64,000 nucleotides of DNA from an uncultured Gemmatimonadales bacterium. GTDB taxonomy: Bacteria > Gemmatimonadota > Gemmatimonadetes > Longimicrobiales > Gaopeijiaceae. The stretch lies in assembly GCA_963823035.1 (NCBI GenBank), contig CAWGKG010000005.1, positions 1-64,000 of the forward strand. Reading direction: 5' to 3'. Position numbers and translations under genes: made by a program. Within the stretch, counting starts at the first letter, position 1. Each line of letters starts with the position of its first letter. The notes under the pieces are model-generated. The model saw nothing but the letters and a program-made list of their open reading frames with translations, ran no database searches and was not told the DNA's origin. Shown here in pieces: positions 48,210-58,513 of this stretch.

Positions 48210-49772
48210 ATGAGCCCTCACCCGATCACCCTCGCCGGCCCGCGCAGCCTGAGCGATGCCTTCGCGCCCTTCCTGCTCGAGCGGGACGACCCCGACTTCG
48301 TGGGCGCCGTCCTCGCGGAGCTGCCCACCCCCGCGGGACGGACACGGCTGGTGGGGACGCGCGCGCAGGCCCGCACCTCGGACCAGGTGCTCAAGCTCTA
48401 TCCGCCCGTACAGCGCCGCTTCCACATCGCGCTGGTCGAGGCCTGGTGCGAGACGGCGGGCCGGCCGCGGATCGACCCGAAGCGCGTCGACGCCGCGGGG
48501 ATGGTGCTCCGCCGCGTGCACGCCGGCGCGGACGGCCGCGTCCTCGAAGGATGGATGACCGCCTCGGGGGTGCTGCGCGGTTGGGTCCCGGTCGACCGAC
48601 TGGGCGATGCGTGCTCGGATCCGGAGCCCTTGGTGCGGCGGGCCAGGAAGGACACCGGAGTGGTCTCGATCGACCGCGCGTTGCGCGCCCTTTCGGCCGG
48701 CACCGACGCGAGCGTCCTGCAGGAGGACGTCGCCCCCATGTTCGTGGCGCCCCCGGACGTGTGCGCGGGCAGCGGGCGGACCTACTACTACGGCGTCGTG
48801 CCGACGGCCAGCTCGGAGCTGGCGCAGGCCGAGCCGGACGTGGCCGCCGCGTTCGAGGGATTCGAGGCGGACTCCGCTGCCTTCCTCGACCACCTCGTGA
48901 GCCCACTGCGGGGGCAGGGCACCACCTTCCCGAATCCCCCGCTCGCCGCGCGCCGCTTCGACAAGGGCTGGCTCGAGACGCTCCTCGAAGCGTCGCCGAC
49001 CTCGGGTCCCGGCCTGTTCCTCAGGCTGCTGCGCCAGGTCGTCGTGGAGTTCGACGCCTTTGGGGAATCGGCGGCGGCGCGGGCGCTCCTCGCCGAGCTC
49101 GAGGACCTCCGCGTGGAGTACGTCCTGCAGGAGGGCGAGACGACCCGCCGTACCCGGTCCGCGGCCCAATTCCTCGGCGATGCGGCCCACGTGCTGCTGG
49201 AGGGAGGGAGCGGGACCGTGGAGATGCCGGAGCGGTGGCCGGCGATCTCGGATGCGGCGAAGGCCACGCTGGCCGGTAAGCTGTCAGCAGCCATGCGCGA
49301 GCGCTTCAAGAGCGTGACGGGCCGGCCGGGACGCTTCGACGAGCCGGACGCCGCGTACGTGCTGCGCGCCTTCGTGCGGCTCAAGCCCGAGAACGGTTGT
49401 CCCCCACGCACGGTGTGGAGCGACTACACGGAGCCGTTCGTCATCGCGCCCTGGTACGAGAGCGTGGGCAACCCGGTGAAGATCGCGCTGCCCGACCTGA
49501 CCGATCGCAACCTGCTCAAGTCGCTCAAGCCCAACGTCGCGTTCACGGTGCCGCCGGCGCTGCAGGGACTGCTCACCGGCAACCCGAAGGACCTGATGGA
49601 GGGGAAGGGCGGGGGAGCCTCCTTCGGCGTCGGTTGGATCTGCAGCTTCAGCATCCCCGTGATCACGTTCTGCGCGTTCATCGTGCTGAACATCTTCCTG
49701 TCCCTTTTCGACCTGATCTTCAACTGGATGCTCTTCATCAAGATCTGCATCCCGTACCCGAAGGCGAAGTAG
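48210..49772 (+). CDS. eCIS-associated hypothetical protein with hydrophobic C-terminus
   Basis: 520 aa; ends WICSFSIPVITFCAFIVLNIFLSLFDLIFNWMLFIKICIPYPKAK. Confidence 0.8.
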   Translation: MSPHPITLAGPRSLSDAFAPFLLERDDPDFVGAVLAELPTPAGRTRLVGTRAQARTSDQVLKLYPPVQRRFHIALVEAWCETAGRPRIDPKRVDAAGMVLRRVHAGADGRVLEGWMTASGVLRGWVPVDRLGDACSDPEPLVRRARKDTGVVSIDRALRALSAGTDASVLQEDVAPMFVAPPDVCAGSGRTYYYGVVPTASSELAQAEPDVAAAFEGFEADSAAFLDHLVSPLRGQGTTFPNPPLAARRFDKGWLETLLEASPTSGPGLFLRLLRQVVVEFDAFGESAAARALLAELEDLRVEYVLQEGETTRRTRSAAQFLGDAAHVLLEGGSGTVEMPERWPAISDAAKATLAGKLSAAMRERFKSVTGRPGRFDEPDAAYVLRAFVRLKPENGCPPRTVWSDYTEPFVIAPWYESVGNPVKIALPDLTDRNLLKSLKPNVAFTVPPALQGLLTGNPKDLMEGKGGGASFGVGWICSFSIPVITFCAFIVLNIFLSLFDLIFNWMLFIKICIPYPKAK

Positions 49773-49776
49773 GGAA

Positions 49777-50175
49777 ATGGCCATGAACGCCCTTCCACGA
49801 CCCCTTCTCGGTTGGCCCCTGATGCCGCTGCCGGACGAGCACGGCAGGCTGTCCTGGCCCACGCTCGAGGACAGCGTGCGCGAGCTGATCCGCGTCGTCC
49901 TGAGCACGCGGCCGGGCGAGCAGTTGATGCGCCCCGATTTCGGCGCCGGGCTCGAGCTGCTCCTGCACGAGCCCAACACGCTGGCCACGCGTCGGCGCAT
50001 CCGCGACAGGATCCAGGACGCGATCACGCGCTGGGAGCGCCGTGTCGTACTCGACCGCGTGGACGTGCGGGATCTGGACGGGGAGCCGAGCCACGTGCGC
50101 GTCGAGATCGGATACCGCCTGGCCCGTAGCGGAGCGCCCGCCTCGGTGGCCCTGACCGTTCAGCTGGAGGGGTGA
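49777..50175 (+). CDS. gp25/GpW baseplate protein (Afp9)
   Basis: LSTRPGEQLMRPDFGAGL, ITRWERRV. Confidence 0.92.
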   Translation: MAMNALPRPLLGWPLMPLPDEHGRLSWPTLEDSVRELIRVVLSTRPGEQLMRPDFGAGLELLLHEPNTLATRRRIRDRIQDAITRWERRVVLDRVDVRDLDGEPSHVRVEIGYRLARSGAPASVALTVQLEG

Positions 50176-52454
50176 ACGTGCCGATCATCCCGCCCGTCCT
50201 GGACGACCGCCGCTTCGATGACCTCGTCGAGGAGCTTCTCGCGCGCATCCCGGCGCATACGCCCGAGTGGACGCATCCGCGCCAGGGCGACCCGGGGCGC
50301 ACGCTGATCGAGCTCTTCGCCTGGCTGGCGGACACGCTGCTGTATCGCGCCAACCTGATCCCCGAGCGGCAGCGCCTGGTGTTCCTGCGCCTGCTCGGGC
50401 AACGCCTGCGCCCGGCCTTGCCCGCGGGCGGGGTGGTCTCCCTCTCGTACGCCCAGGAGGACACGCTTGCGGCGACGCGGCTCGCGCCCGGCGGACGCGT
50501 CGCCGGCCCGGTGGCCTTCGAGACGTTGGCGGAGACGACCGTGCTCCCGATCTCCGCGGAGGTCTACTACAAGCGCAACCTGAGCGACGCCGAGAGCGCG
50601 AAGATGGCGGAGGTGCTCCAGGGACTTTCCAGCATCCACCGTCTCGCGGGCGCGCCGAAGGGCTACGAGACGGCACCCCTGTTCGGAGGGGGCCGCCCCT
50701 CGACCGAGGGCGTGGACGTCTTCTCGGCGAGCGCGGACCACGCCCTGTGGCTGGCGCTCCTCGCGCCCGCCGCTCCGGACCCCGGGCAGCAGCCGACCTT
50801 CAACGATGCCGCACGCGCCCAGCTCGGGGGAGGGGACACCGGCGCGCCGGCGCTGCTCTCCGTGGGGGTCGTTCCGGCGGTGCGGATTCCCGAGCTGTTC
50901 GAGGACATCGGACCGCGCGCCCGCGTTCCCGTGCTGTGGGAGATCACGACCCGGGGCCGCGGCCCGCAGGAGACGGGCTACCTCACGCTCGACCCGGTTC
51001 CCGAGAGCGATACCACCGCGGGGCTGACGCGCGAGGGGGTCCTGCGCCTCCCCCTCCCGGACGAGTCGCTCCTCTGGGCGCCCAGCAACGACGTGGGCGA
51101 GAACCCGCGGGCGGGCGTCGGGGACACCCCGCCGCGTCTCGACGATCCGGAGAAGGCGGTCCGTCTGATCGCCTGGCTTCGCCTGCGGCCGGCGCCGGGT
51201 CAGCCCGACGTGAAGTTGGAGCTGTCGTGGATCGGCATCAACGCGGTGCCGATCGAGCAGCGGATCACGCTGGGCGGGCGCGTGCTGGGGGCGTCCACCG
51301 GCGCGGCCGACCAGGTGTTCGCGCTGCCGACGGGCTCCGTGGATCCGGACACGCTGCAAATCCAGGTCGAGGAGCCGGGAAGGGGCTACCAGGCCTGGCA
51401 GCGCGTCGAGGACCTCGCGGCCATCAGCAGCGATCCCCAGGTGGCGCGCATGGCCCCGGCCTACGAGCTCGACGCCGAAGCGGGTACGGTGCGCTTCGGT
51501 GACGGCGTGCGCGGCCGCGTCCCCGAGCAGCAGATGCGCGTGCGTCTCGCCCTGGGACGGTTCGGGGGCGGTCGCGCCGGCAACCTCCCGGCGGGGACAC
51601 TCACCGAGATGTCGGCACGCCGCGTGGAAGGCGGCAGCGCCCCACCGCTGAAGGTCTCGCAGCCCCTGCCCACGGACGGTGGCGACGACGCCGAGACGCT
51701 GGCCGAGGCCGAGAAGCGGATCCCGACGCGGTTGTGGCATCGGGAGCGGGCGATCACCATCGAAGATTACCGCAGCCTCGCGCTCGAGGCGCCCGGCGTC
51801 GAGGTGGGACGCCTGGAGGTGCTGCCTCGCTTCGAGCCCCGGGGCCGACGCTTCGACGTGCCGGGCGTGGTGAGCGTGATGGCGCTCCCGGCGCGCGCTC
51901 TCTCGGGGCCGCCCAACCCCCGTCCCGACCGACCCTTCATCGAGACGTTGCACGCCTACCTCTCCGCGCGCGTGCCGCTGACCACGGAGGTGTACGTCAT
52001 CGGGTGCGAGTATGTCGCGCTCGGCCTCGCGGTCGGCGTCACCGTGCGCGACGGCTTCGGCCCGGACCAGGTACGCCACGAGGTTCGCCAGACGCTCGAG
52101 CGGCTCCTCTGGCCGCTCGTGGGCGGCGGCGTGGACGGCGAAGGCTGGCCGCTCGGCCGGGCCGTGCGCGAGCGCGAGCTCGAGGTCGAGGTTTCGCGCG
52201 TTCGCGGCGTACGTGAGGTGACGGGACTCAACCTCTTCGGGCGCGCGCGCCTCCCCGACGGCGACGAATGGCGCGCCCTGGCCCACGACCCGGCCGACGG
52301 CACGCAGAGCCTGACGCTCACGCCCTGGCAGCTTCCCGAGCTGCTCTCGGTGGTGGTCGCGGACGGACCCGCTCCGACGGACCTGCGCGCCGTGCCCAAT
52401 CCCTTCGCGGACGAGCGCGCCGTGGCCGTGCCGGTCGTGCCCGAGGTGTGCTGA
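50172..52454 (+). CDS. Baseplate J-like protein (Afp11)
   Basis: LDDRRFDDLV, PEWT..DPGRTLIELFAWL, VRFGDGVRGRVP, GGDDAET, RAITIEDY. Confidence 0.93.
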   Translation: MNVPIIPPVLDDRRFDDLVEELLARIPAHTPEWTHPRQGDPGRTLIELFAWLADTLLYRANLIPERQRLVFLRLLGQRLRPALPAGGVVSLSYAQEDTLAATRLAPGGRVAGPVAFETLAETTVLPISAEVYYKRNLSDAESAKMAEVLQGLSSIHRLAGAPKGYETAPLFGGGRPSTEGVDVFSASADHALWLALLAPAAPDPGQQPTFNDAARAQLGGGDTGAPALLSVGVVPAVRIPELFEDIGPRARVPVLWEITTRGRGPQETGYLTLDPVPESDTTAGLTREGVLRLPLPDESLLWAPSNDVGENPRAGVGDTPPRLDDPEKAVRLIAWLRLRPAPGQPDVKLELSWIGINAVPIEQRITLGGRVLGASTGAADQVFALPTGSVDPDTLQIQVEEPGRGYQAWQRVEDLAAISSDPQVARMAPAYELDAEAGTVRFGDGVRGRVPEQQMRVRLALGRFGGGRAGNLPAGTLTEMSARRVEGGSAPPLKVSQPLPTDGGDDAETLAEAEKRIPTRLWHRERAITIEDYRSLALEAPGVEVGRLEVLPRFEPRGRRFDVPGVVSVMALPARALSGPPNPRPDRPFIETLHAYLSARVPLTTEVYVIGCEYVALGLAVGVTVRDGFGPDQVRHEVRQTLERLLWPLVGGGVDGEGWPLGRAVRERELEVEVSRVRGVREVTGLNLFGRARLPDGDEWRALAHDPADGTQSLTLTPWQLPELLSVVVADGPAPTDLRAVPNPFADERAVAVPVVPEVC

Positions 52455-55199
52455 TGGACGCGAACGGGCAGCGCTTCTGGATGCTCGCGGGGTCGGCGCA
52501 CTGGCGCTGGCGCAGCCACGCCCGCTGGGACGAGGCATGCCAGGCCCTCCGCCTCGCCAGCGAGCGCACCCTGGCCACCCCCGCCGACCTGGTGAGCGCG
52601 CACGCGGCGGCCAACTCGGCGCTGGAGCGGGTGCCACGCGCCCTCGACGAGGTGGAGGCGGTCGCGTGGTGGAGCCCGGACGACGCGGCCGTCGTCGCGC
52701 GGAGCACGCTGCCCGGGGCCGCCGTGTTGCTTCCCCTGCCGGCCGCGCCCACCGACCTCGTCGTCGGCTTCGACGGCGTGCTCTACGCCATCGGCTCCGG
52801 CGGGGTGCGCCTGCACGACCTCCGAGGGCGGTGGGAGGACGTCACCGTCGAAGCCGCGGACTTCACGCCCTGGCGCGCGGCGGCCGACCCGCGCGGCGGC
52901 CTCTGGCTGCTCGAGCGCTCCAGCGGACGGCTGGCCCGGCTCACGGGGATGCCGATGACGGTCGGGCCGTACTTCGAATACTCCGGCACGACCTTCCGAC
53001 CCGACCCCGAGAACTGCCGACCTCCGACGATCACGCTCCTGCGCGCACCGGCGTGGTCGGTGGACGAGCGTCCGGTCGCGCTGGCGTGCCCGGGCGAATC
53101 CGGGCCGGCCGTCCTCTCCTGGATCGGAGGGGAGGGGACGTCCCGTCTTCGCTTCTGGAACGAGCGGGAGCCGGCCCTCGGCGAGGCGTACGAGCTGGTG
53201 GGCGCCCTCTGGGCCTACGGCCTCGCGTTCGTGGACGCGGATACCGCGGTGGTGCGCGTCCCCGACCGGGTGGACGCGCCGGCCTTCGAGCTGTCCGCGG
53301 CCGACGCGGACGGGCGCATCCGACCGAACGGCGACATCTACCCGCTGGCCGCGGAGGCCGTCGAGGCGCCCTTCGCCCACCGGCTCGGCGGACCCCCGCG
53401 CTATCCGGTCGCGCTCGAGGGCGGTCCGGGCGCCGAGCCGCTGCATCGGCTCTCGCTCACGAACCTCGCGCGTCGAGGTGAGGCGCGACACTTCACCGGC
53501 GACGACGTGCATCCGATCGACAGCGGCGACACGCGCACCGTATGGCATCGGCTCTACGCGGAGGCCCGCATCCCGGCCGACACGGGTTTCGTCGTATGGT
53601 GCGCGGCGACCCCCGAGGCTTCGCCGCCGAACCCGGACGACCGCTCCGCCTGGCTCCCGCATGCCTTCGGCGAGACGCCCCTCGTCGAGCCGCAAGCGCC
53701 GCGCGCGGCCAGGGAGCGCGCCCCGTCCGAGCTTCCGCACCATCCGGGCCTCGGCTCGCTGGGCGGCGGACGAGCGCCGCGCGGGACTGTGGTCGGCTCT
53801 GATCCAGGACCCGCGCCGCCGGGTGCGCCGCCTCGTAGGGCGGTACCTGTGGGTGCGGGTCGAGCTCTTCGGGGACGGACGCGTCGGCCCCGAGATCGCG
53901 GCGGTGCGCGCCTGGGCGAGTCGCTTCTCGTACCGGGATCGCTACCTCCCACGCCTCTATCGGGAGAGCCAGTTCGGGGCGCCGGCCGTCGCTCCGGGCG
54001 AGCGCGTCGCGGCGGTGGAGGCCGAGCGGGCGGACGCGCTCGACGCCGGTGGCAGCCTGCCGGAGGCCCTGCGCGCGCGGCTGATGCTCGAGGGCGTGGT
54101 GCCCAGCGCCGACGCGCGCGTCCGCGTCGACGTCCCCGGCGAGCGGTGGCTTCTGAGCGACGGTGCGGGCGGCCGGGCCTGGCGCCTGCAACGCGAGGAG
54201 GCGCCGGCCACCGGCGCCGCCATCGGCGTCTACCGGCCGCAGGCCACGCCCGCCGACTTCCTCGAGCGCATGCTGGGCAGCTTCGAGGGCCTGCTCACGC
54301 CGGTGGAGGACCGGATCGAAGCGGCGCACCTGCTCACCGATCCCGCCGTCGTGCCGGAGACGAGCCTCGACTGGCTGGGCGCCTGGATCGGCGTGGGCTT
54401 CGACCCTGCGCTGGCGGGTTCCCGGCGCCGGGCCTGGCTGGCCGCCGCACCCGAGATGGCGCGCCGGCACGGCACGCGCGCGGGTCTCGAACTGGCGCTC
54501 GACGTGGCGAGCGGGGGCGGCGTGGCCGGTGGCGAGATCGTCGTGCTCGAGGACTTCCGGCTCCGCCGCCTCCTCGCCACACTCCTCGGCGTCGACCTCC
54601 AGGTGGAGGACGACCCGCTCCTCCCGGGGCTCGTCGTCAGCGGCAACTCGGTGGTGGGCGACACGCTCGTGCTCGGCGAGGCCGAGCGCGTCGAGCTGCT
54701 GGCCCTCTTCCGCTCCGAGGTGGCGAGCGCGGAGGAGAACCAGGCGGTGCTCGCCTTCTACGAGAAGCTCGCCTTTCGCGCGACCGTCCTGGTGCACCAG
54801 AGCATCACCGAGACCGACCTGGGCCTCCTCCGCCGCATCGTCGAGCTGGCGAGCCCCGCGCACGCGATCGTGCGGGTCGTGACGGCCACGTGGCCCCTGC
54901 TCGTGGGCGTGGCGAGCCTGGTCGGCGTCGACACCTACCTCGGGCCGAGGCCACCCCGACGCCCCGCGCGCGTCGACGTCTCGGCGGCCGGCCAGGACTA
55001 CGTCATGGCACCCGCGACGCTGGATCCGCGCCTCGCCGGAGCCGCGGCTGCCATGCCGGCCGACCCGCCCGTGGCCGACGCGGGCGCGGACTTCACCACC
55101 CCGTTCGGTGCGTCCTTCGAGCTGGACGGGAGCGGATCCGACGCTGCCCCCGGGCGGCACATCGACGAGTACCGCTGGCGGCTCCTGCCGCCGGACTGA
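52454..55199 (+). CDS. Baseplate wedge / phage tail protein I-like (frameshift near 53757) with propeller-like N-terminus and half-PKD C-terminus
   Basis: GRYLWVRVEL, YLPRLYR, FLERMLGSFEG, LDWLGAWIG, RHGTRAGL, SPAH; ends PVADAGADF..LDGSGS..YRW. Confidence 0.82.
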
Positions 55200-55220
55200 C
55201 CCCTACCCATTGGAGACCCC

Positions 55221-55538
55221 ATGGCCGAGTTCATCATCAACACGGACGTCAAGACCGACACGCCGACCGTCGAGGTCACGATCTCGCCCGACCGTCCGCT
55301 GGCGCTCGGCAGGCATCGCTTCCGCCTGATCGTGGTGGACGACTCGGGCAACAACTCCGTACCCGACGAGGTGGACGTGATCGTGGCGGACTCGGAGGCG
55401 CCGACCGCGGTGCTCTCGGCGCCGGCCACCGTCGCCTTCGGCGCGAGCTTCCCGCTCGATGGGCGGCGCTCCGTGGACGCGGGTGGCGGGCGCATCACGA
55501 CGTACCTCTGGACCTACCTCGGCCCGAACCCCCGCTGA
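55221..55538 (+). CDS. Circularly permuted PKD/Ig-like small protein
   Basis: GGAG RBS; GRHRFRLIVVDDSGNNS..VIV followed by APTAVL..FPLDGRRSVD..TYLWT. Confidence 0.78.
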   Translation: MAEFIINTDVKTDTPTVEVTISPDRPLALGRHRFRLIVVDDSGNNSVPDEVDVIVADSEAPTAVLSAPATVAFGASFPLDGRRSVDAGGGRITTYLWTYLGPNPR

Positions 55539-55547
55539 GCCCCCACC

Positions 55548-55748
55548 ATGGCACGGTTCGCGGTCGGCCGCCCGGTCAAGACACGGGAGCCCGTCGTCAC
55601 CGTCGACGGCGGGCTGGATCCGGGCGTGCACCGATTCCAGCTGGTGGTGACGACCGTGGACGGCCGCGTCAGCAAGCCGGACGTGGTCAGCGTGACCGTC
55701 GCGAGGGGCATCCCGACGCCCACCCGCATCCCGATCCCCAGGGAGTGA
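55548..55748 (+). CDS. Half PKD/Ig-like small protein
   Basis: MARF..VKTREPVVTV..PGVHRFQLVVTTVDGRVSKPDVVSVTV, paralogous to the N-half of 55221. Confidence 0.72.
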   Translation: MARFAVGRPVKTREPVVTVDGGLDPGVHRFQLVVTTVDGRVSKPDVVSVTVARGIPTPTRIPIPRE

Positions 55749-55752
55749 CGCC

Positions 55753-56673
55753 ATGAGCGCAACCACCCGCCTCCCAGAAACCGATCCGCTGTTCGCCCGA
55801 CCGGCACCGGAGCGGCCGTTCTACGCCACGGGGATGCTCCTCGACGCAGGCGACTTCCTCGACGAGCAGACCTACCATCGCGGGCGGCTGGCCCAGGCGG
55901 TGGCCTTCCTCACGGGCGGCGGTACCCTCGCCGGGCTGGCCGTCACCCACGCCCCGGAGGCCGAGGGCACCGCAGAGGAGGTGCGCGTCGCGCCGGGCCT
56001 CGCCGTGGACCGTCTCGGGCGCCTGGTCGAGGTGCCTCGGCCAGCCTGCGTGCGGCTGCAACGGTGGTGGGAGGCGACCTTCGCCGTCGACGACGGCGAC
56101 ACATTGTTGCGGGCCGCCTACGAGGATCCGGCTCGCTTCGTGAGCGCTCGTGCCGCCGCAGAGGCCGGCGAGGACGGACGCCCCGCGATCCCCGCGCGGG
56201 CGGTGGTGGCGGACGTCTTCGTGCGCTTCGTGGCGTGCGAGCGGGGGCTGACGCCGAGCTTCGCGGCGGGTCCGTTCGACGCGCTCGACGCGGTCGCCAC
56301 GTCGCGGCTGCGGGACGCCTACGAGCTCCTGCTCGTCCCCCGGGACGGGTTGGACGACGACTTCGACGGCCTGCCTCCCGCCGGAGAGGATCTTTCCGCC
56401 ATCGAGGAGCTCGACGCTCGGCGGGCCGCCCTGCAGGACGCGGTGCTCTCCGCGTGGCCGGAGGGCGGCTCGGCCGGCCTCGCGGACGCGCTGCCGCCGC
56501 TACCCGAGCACCCGCGCGGCATCGACGCGACGGCGCAGCTCCTCGCGCGCGTCCTGATCCCCGTGGGCACCGACGACCCGCCGGAGCGCGACGGCGCGGA
56601 CGTGGTGATCGACAACTGGCCACGCCGCTTCGTGGCTTCGACCCGTCTCCTGCAGCGCTGGCTCGGGATCTGA
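55753..56673 (+). CDS. eCIS fibre/cage-type protein 1
   Basis: RPFYATGMLLDAGDFLDEQTYHR..GTLAGLAV..VAPGLAVDRLGRLV. Confidence 0.75.
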   Translation: MSATTRLPETDPLFARPAPERPFYATGMLLDAGDFLDEQTYHRGRLAQAVAFLTGGGTLAGLAVTHAPEAEGTAEEVRVAPGLAVDRLGRLVEVPRPACVRLQRWWEATFAVDDGDTLLRAAYEDPARFVSARAAAEAGEDGRPAIPARAVVADVFVRFVACERGLTPSFAAGPFDALDAVATSRLRDAYELLLVPRDGLDDDFDGLPPAGEDLSAIEELDARRAALQDAVLSAWPEGGSAGLADALPPLPEHPRGIDATAQLLARVLIPVGTDDPPERDGADVVIDNWPRRFVASTRLLQRWLGI

Positions 56674-56690
56674 GAGGAAGGAGAACGACC

Positions 56691-58503
56691 ATGGAATTCG
56701 TCCGAGGCTCGAATCGCGAGCTCCTGCCCGCCGCCGTCGCAGCCGACCTGCGCAGGGCGGGCGCCCTGATCGAAGACCACCGCCGCGAGCGTCCGCGCTG
56801 GTTCGACGGCCGCTTCCTCGCGGCCCGCGACCTGGTCCGGGAGCAGCAGTACTTCCTGACGCGTGAGGCGGACCTCGGGCGCGCCGCGGGGAGCGGGGTC
56901 GCGACGGGCCTCGACGTCACCGTGGGCTCGAGCTCCCAGACGCTGCGCATCGGCGCGGGGCACGGCATCACCCCGTCGGGTGAGCTCGTGCTCCTCGAGC
57001 GGTCGCTGACCGTGGATCTCGCCGACCTTCCCCGCGCCGAGGGGCTCTCGGGGAAGTTCGGGCTGGGACGGATCCCCGTGCCGCCGCTCCGGAGCCGCAC
57101 GGGGCTCTTCGCGCTCGGGCTGCGCCCGGTGGAGTTCACCGCGAATCCCGTGGGCGCGTACCCCACGTCGATCACGGGTCAGCGCACGGTCGAGGACGGC
57201 GACGTGGTCGAGGCCACGGCCGTGGTGCTCGTGCCGTGGCCGGACGACGGCAGCGCGGACACGCTGGACGTCCGCAGGGGTCGCGCCGCGCGCGCCGTCT
57301 TCGTGGAGGGCGACGACCGTGGCCTGGCGGCGGACGTCCTACCCCTGTGCATGCTCGCCCTGAGCGACAACGCCGTGGCGTGGATCGACGTCCCCATGCT
57401 GCGCCGGGAGCTGGGCGCGGACCGCGCCGACCTGCCCGGGCTGGGCCTGGCACCGCGTGCCCTCCGCTTCGCGCACCTGCTGCAGCACCAGGGGCACGTC
57501 GCCGACGTGATCGCCGCGAACGGCGGCCGCAGCTTCCCGGCAGCCGCCGTCTTCCCGGCCCTCCCGCCCGCCGGACCCCTGCCGCCGGGGGTGATCGATC
57601 CGGGCGATTTCACGCAGCGCTACTTCCCGGCCGAGGTCGACGTCGACTTCGCCATCATCCCCGAGGACGAGCTACCCGCCCTGGTCGAGGAGGCGCTGGC
57701 GCTTCCCGCGTTCGACCTCACCGCCGCGGACGAGGCCCTCGATTCCAGCTCGGTCCTCGTCCTGGCGCCGGTCCCGCGCGAGGAGTGGCGGTCGGTTCTG
57801 GCTCGCCTGGAGACGCTGACGCGCGCGGTCCGCCCGGCCGCGCCCAACCGCGTCGCGGCGCGCAAGCCGTTGGAGATCCTCCAGCTCCTGCGGGTCCCCA
57901 CGCCGGCGGCGGCCCCGCTTGGACCCGACGAGTCCGTCGGATGCGGAATGGCAGCGGCTGGCCCGGCTCGACAGCCTCTGGTACGTGCGTCGGCGGAACC
58001 TCGCCTACCGCGAGGATCTGACGGGAACGGCCAGGCGCCTGGCGGGACGGGAGGCGGTGCTCAGCTCGGGCCGGCTGAGCGGGCTCGACGCCTTGGGCCT
58101 GCGCACCCTCCTCGACGCGACGCTCGAGCGCGCGACACCCGCCGCGCGCACCGAGATCACCAGCCTCCTCGCGAGCCCGCGCATCGCCGACTCGCCGACG
58201 CTGACGGCGGCCACGTTGGGCGAGCTGTCACGGGCCGACAAGGTCGACCTCGCGGCCGCGCTCCGGACCACCTCGGCGCTCACCGCGCCGAACGCGGGCG
58301 CCGGGCTGACGCGCCTCGACGCCGGCGGGGTGGCGGACAACCCGGCGGCGATCGAGCGGATCGCGAGCGATCCCGAGTGGCGCACCCTGGACCGGGAGGC
58401 GCGCCTGGCCTCCACCGACGCGCTGCCGACCATCACCGAGCGGTTGATCACCGGGACGACCCCGACCCGGGGCGGTACGACGCCTCGCAGGGGAGGAGGC
58501 TGA
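56691..58503 (+). CDS. eCIS fibre/cage-type protein 2 (frameshift near 57919)
   Basis: AGGAG RBS; RPRWFDGRFLAARDLVREQQYF..GVATGLDV..IGAGHGITPSGELV. Confidence 0.75.
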
Positions 58504-58513
58504 GGAGACCACG

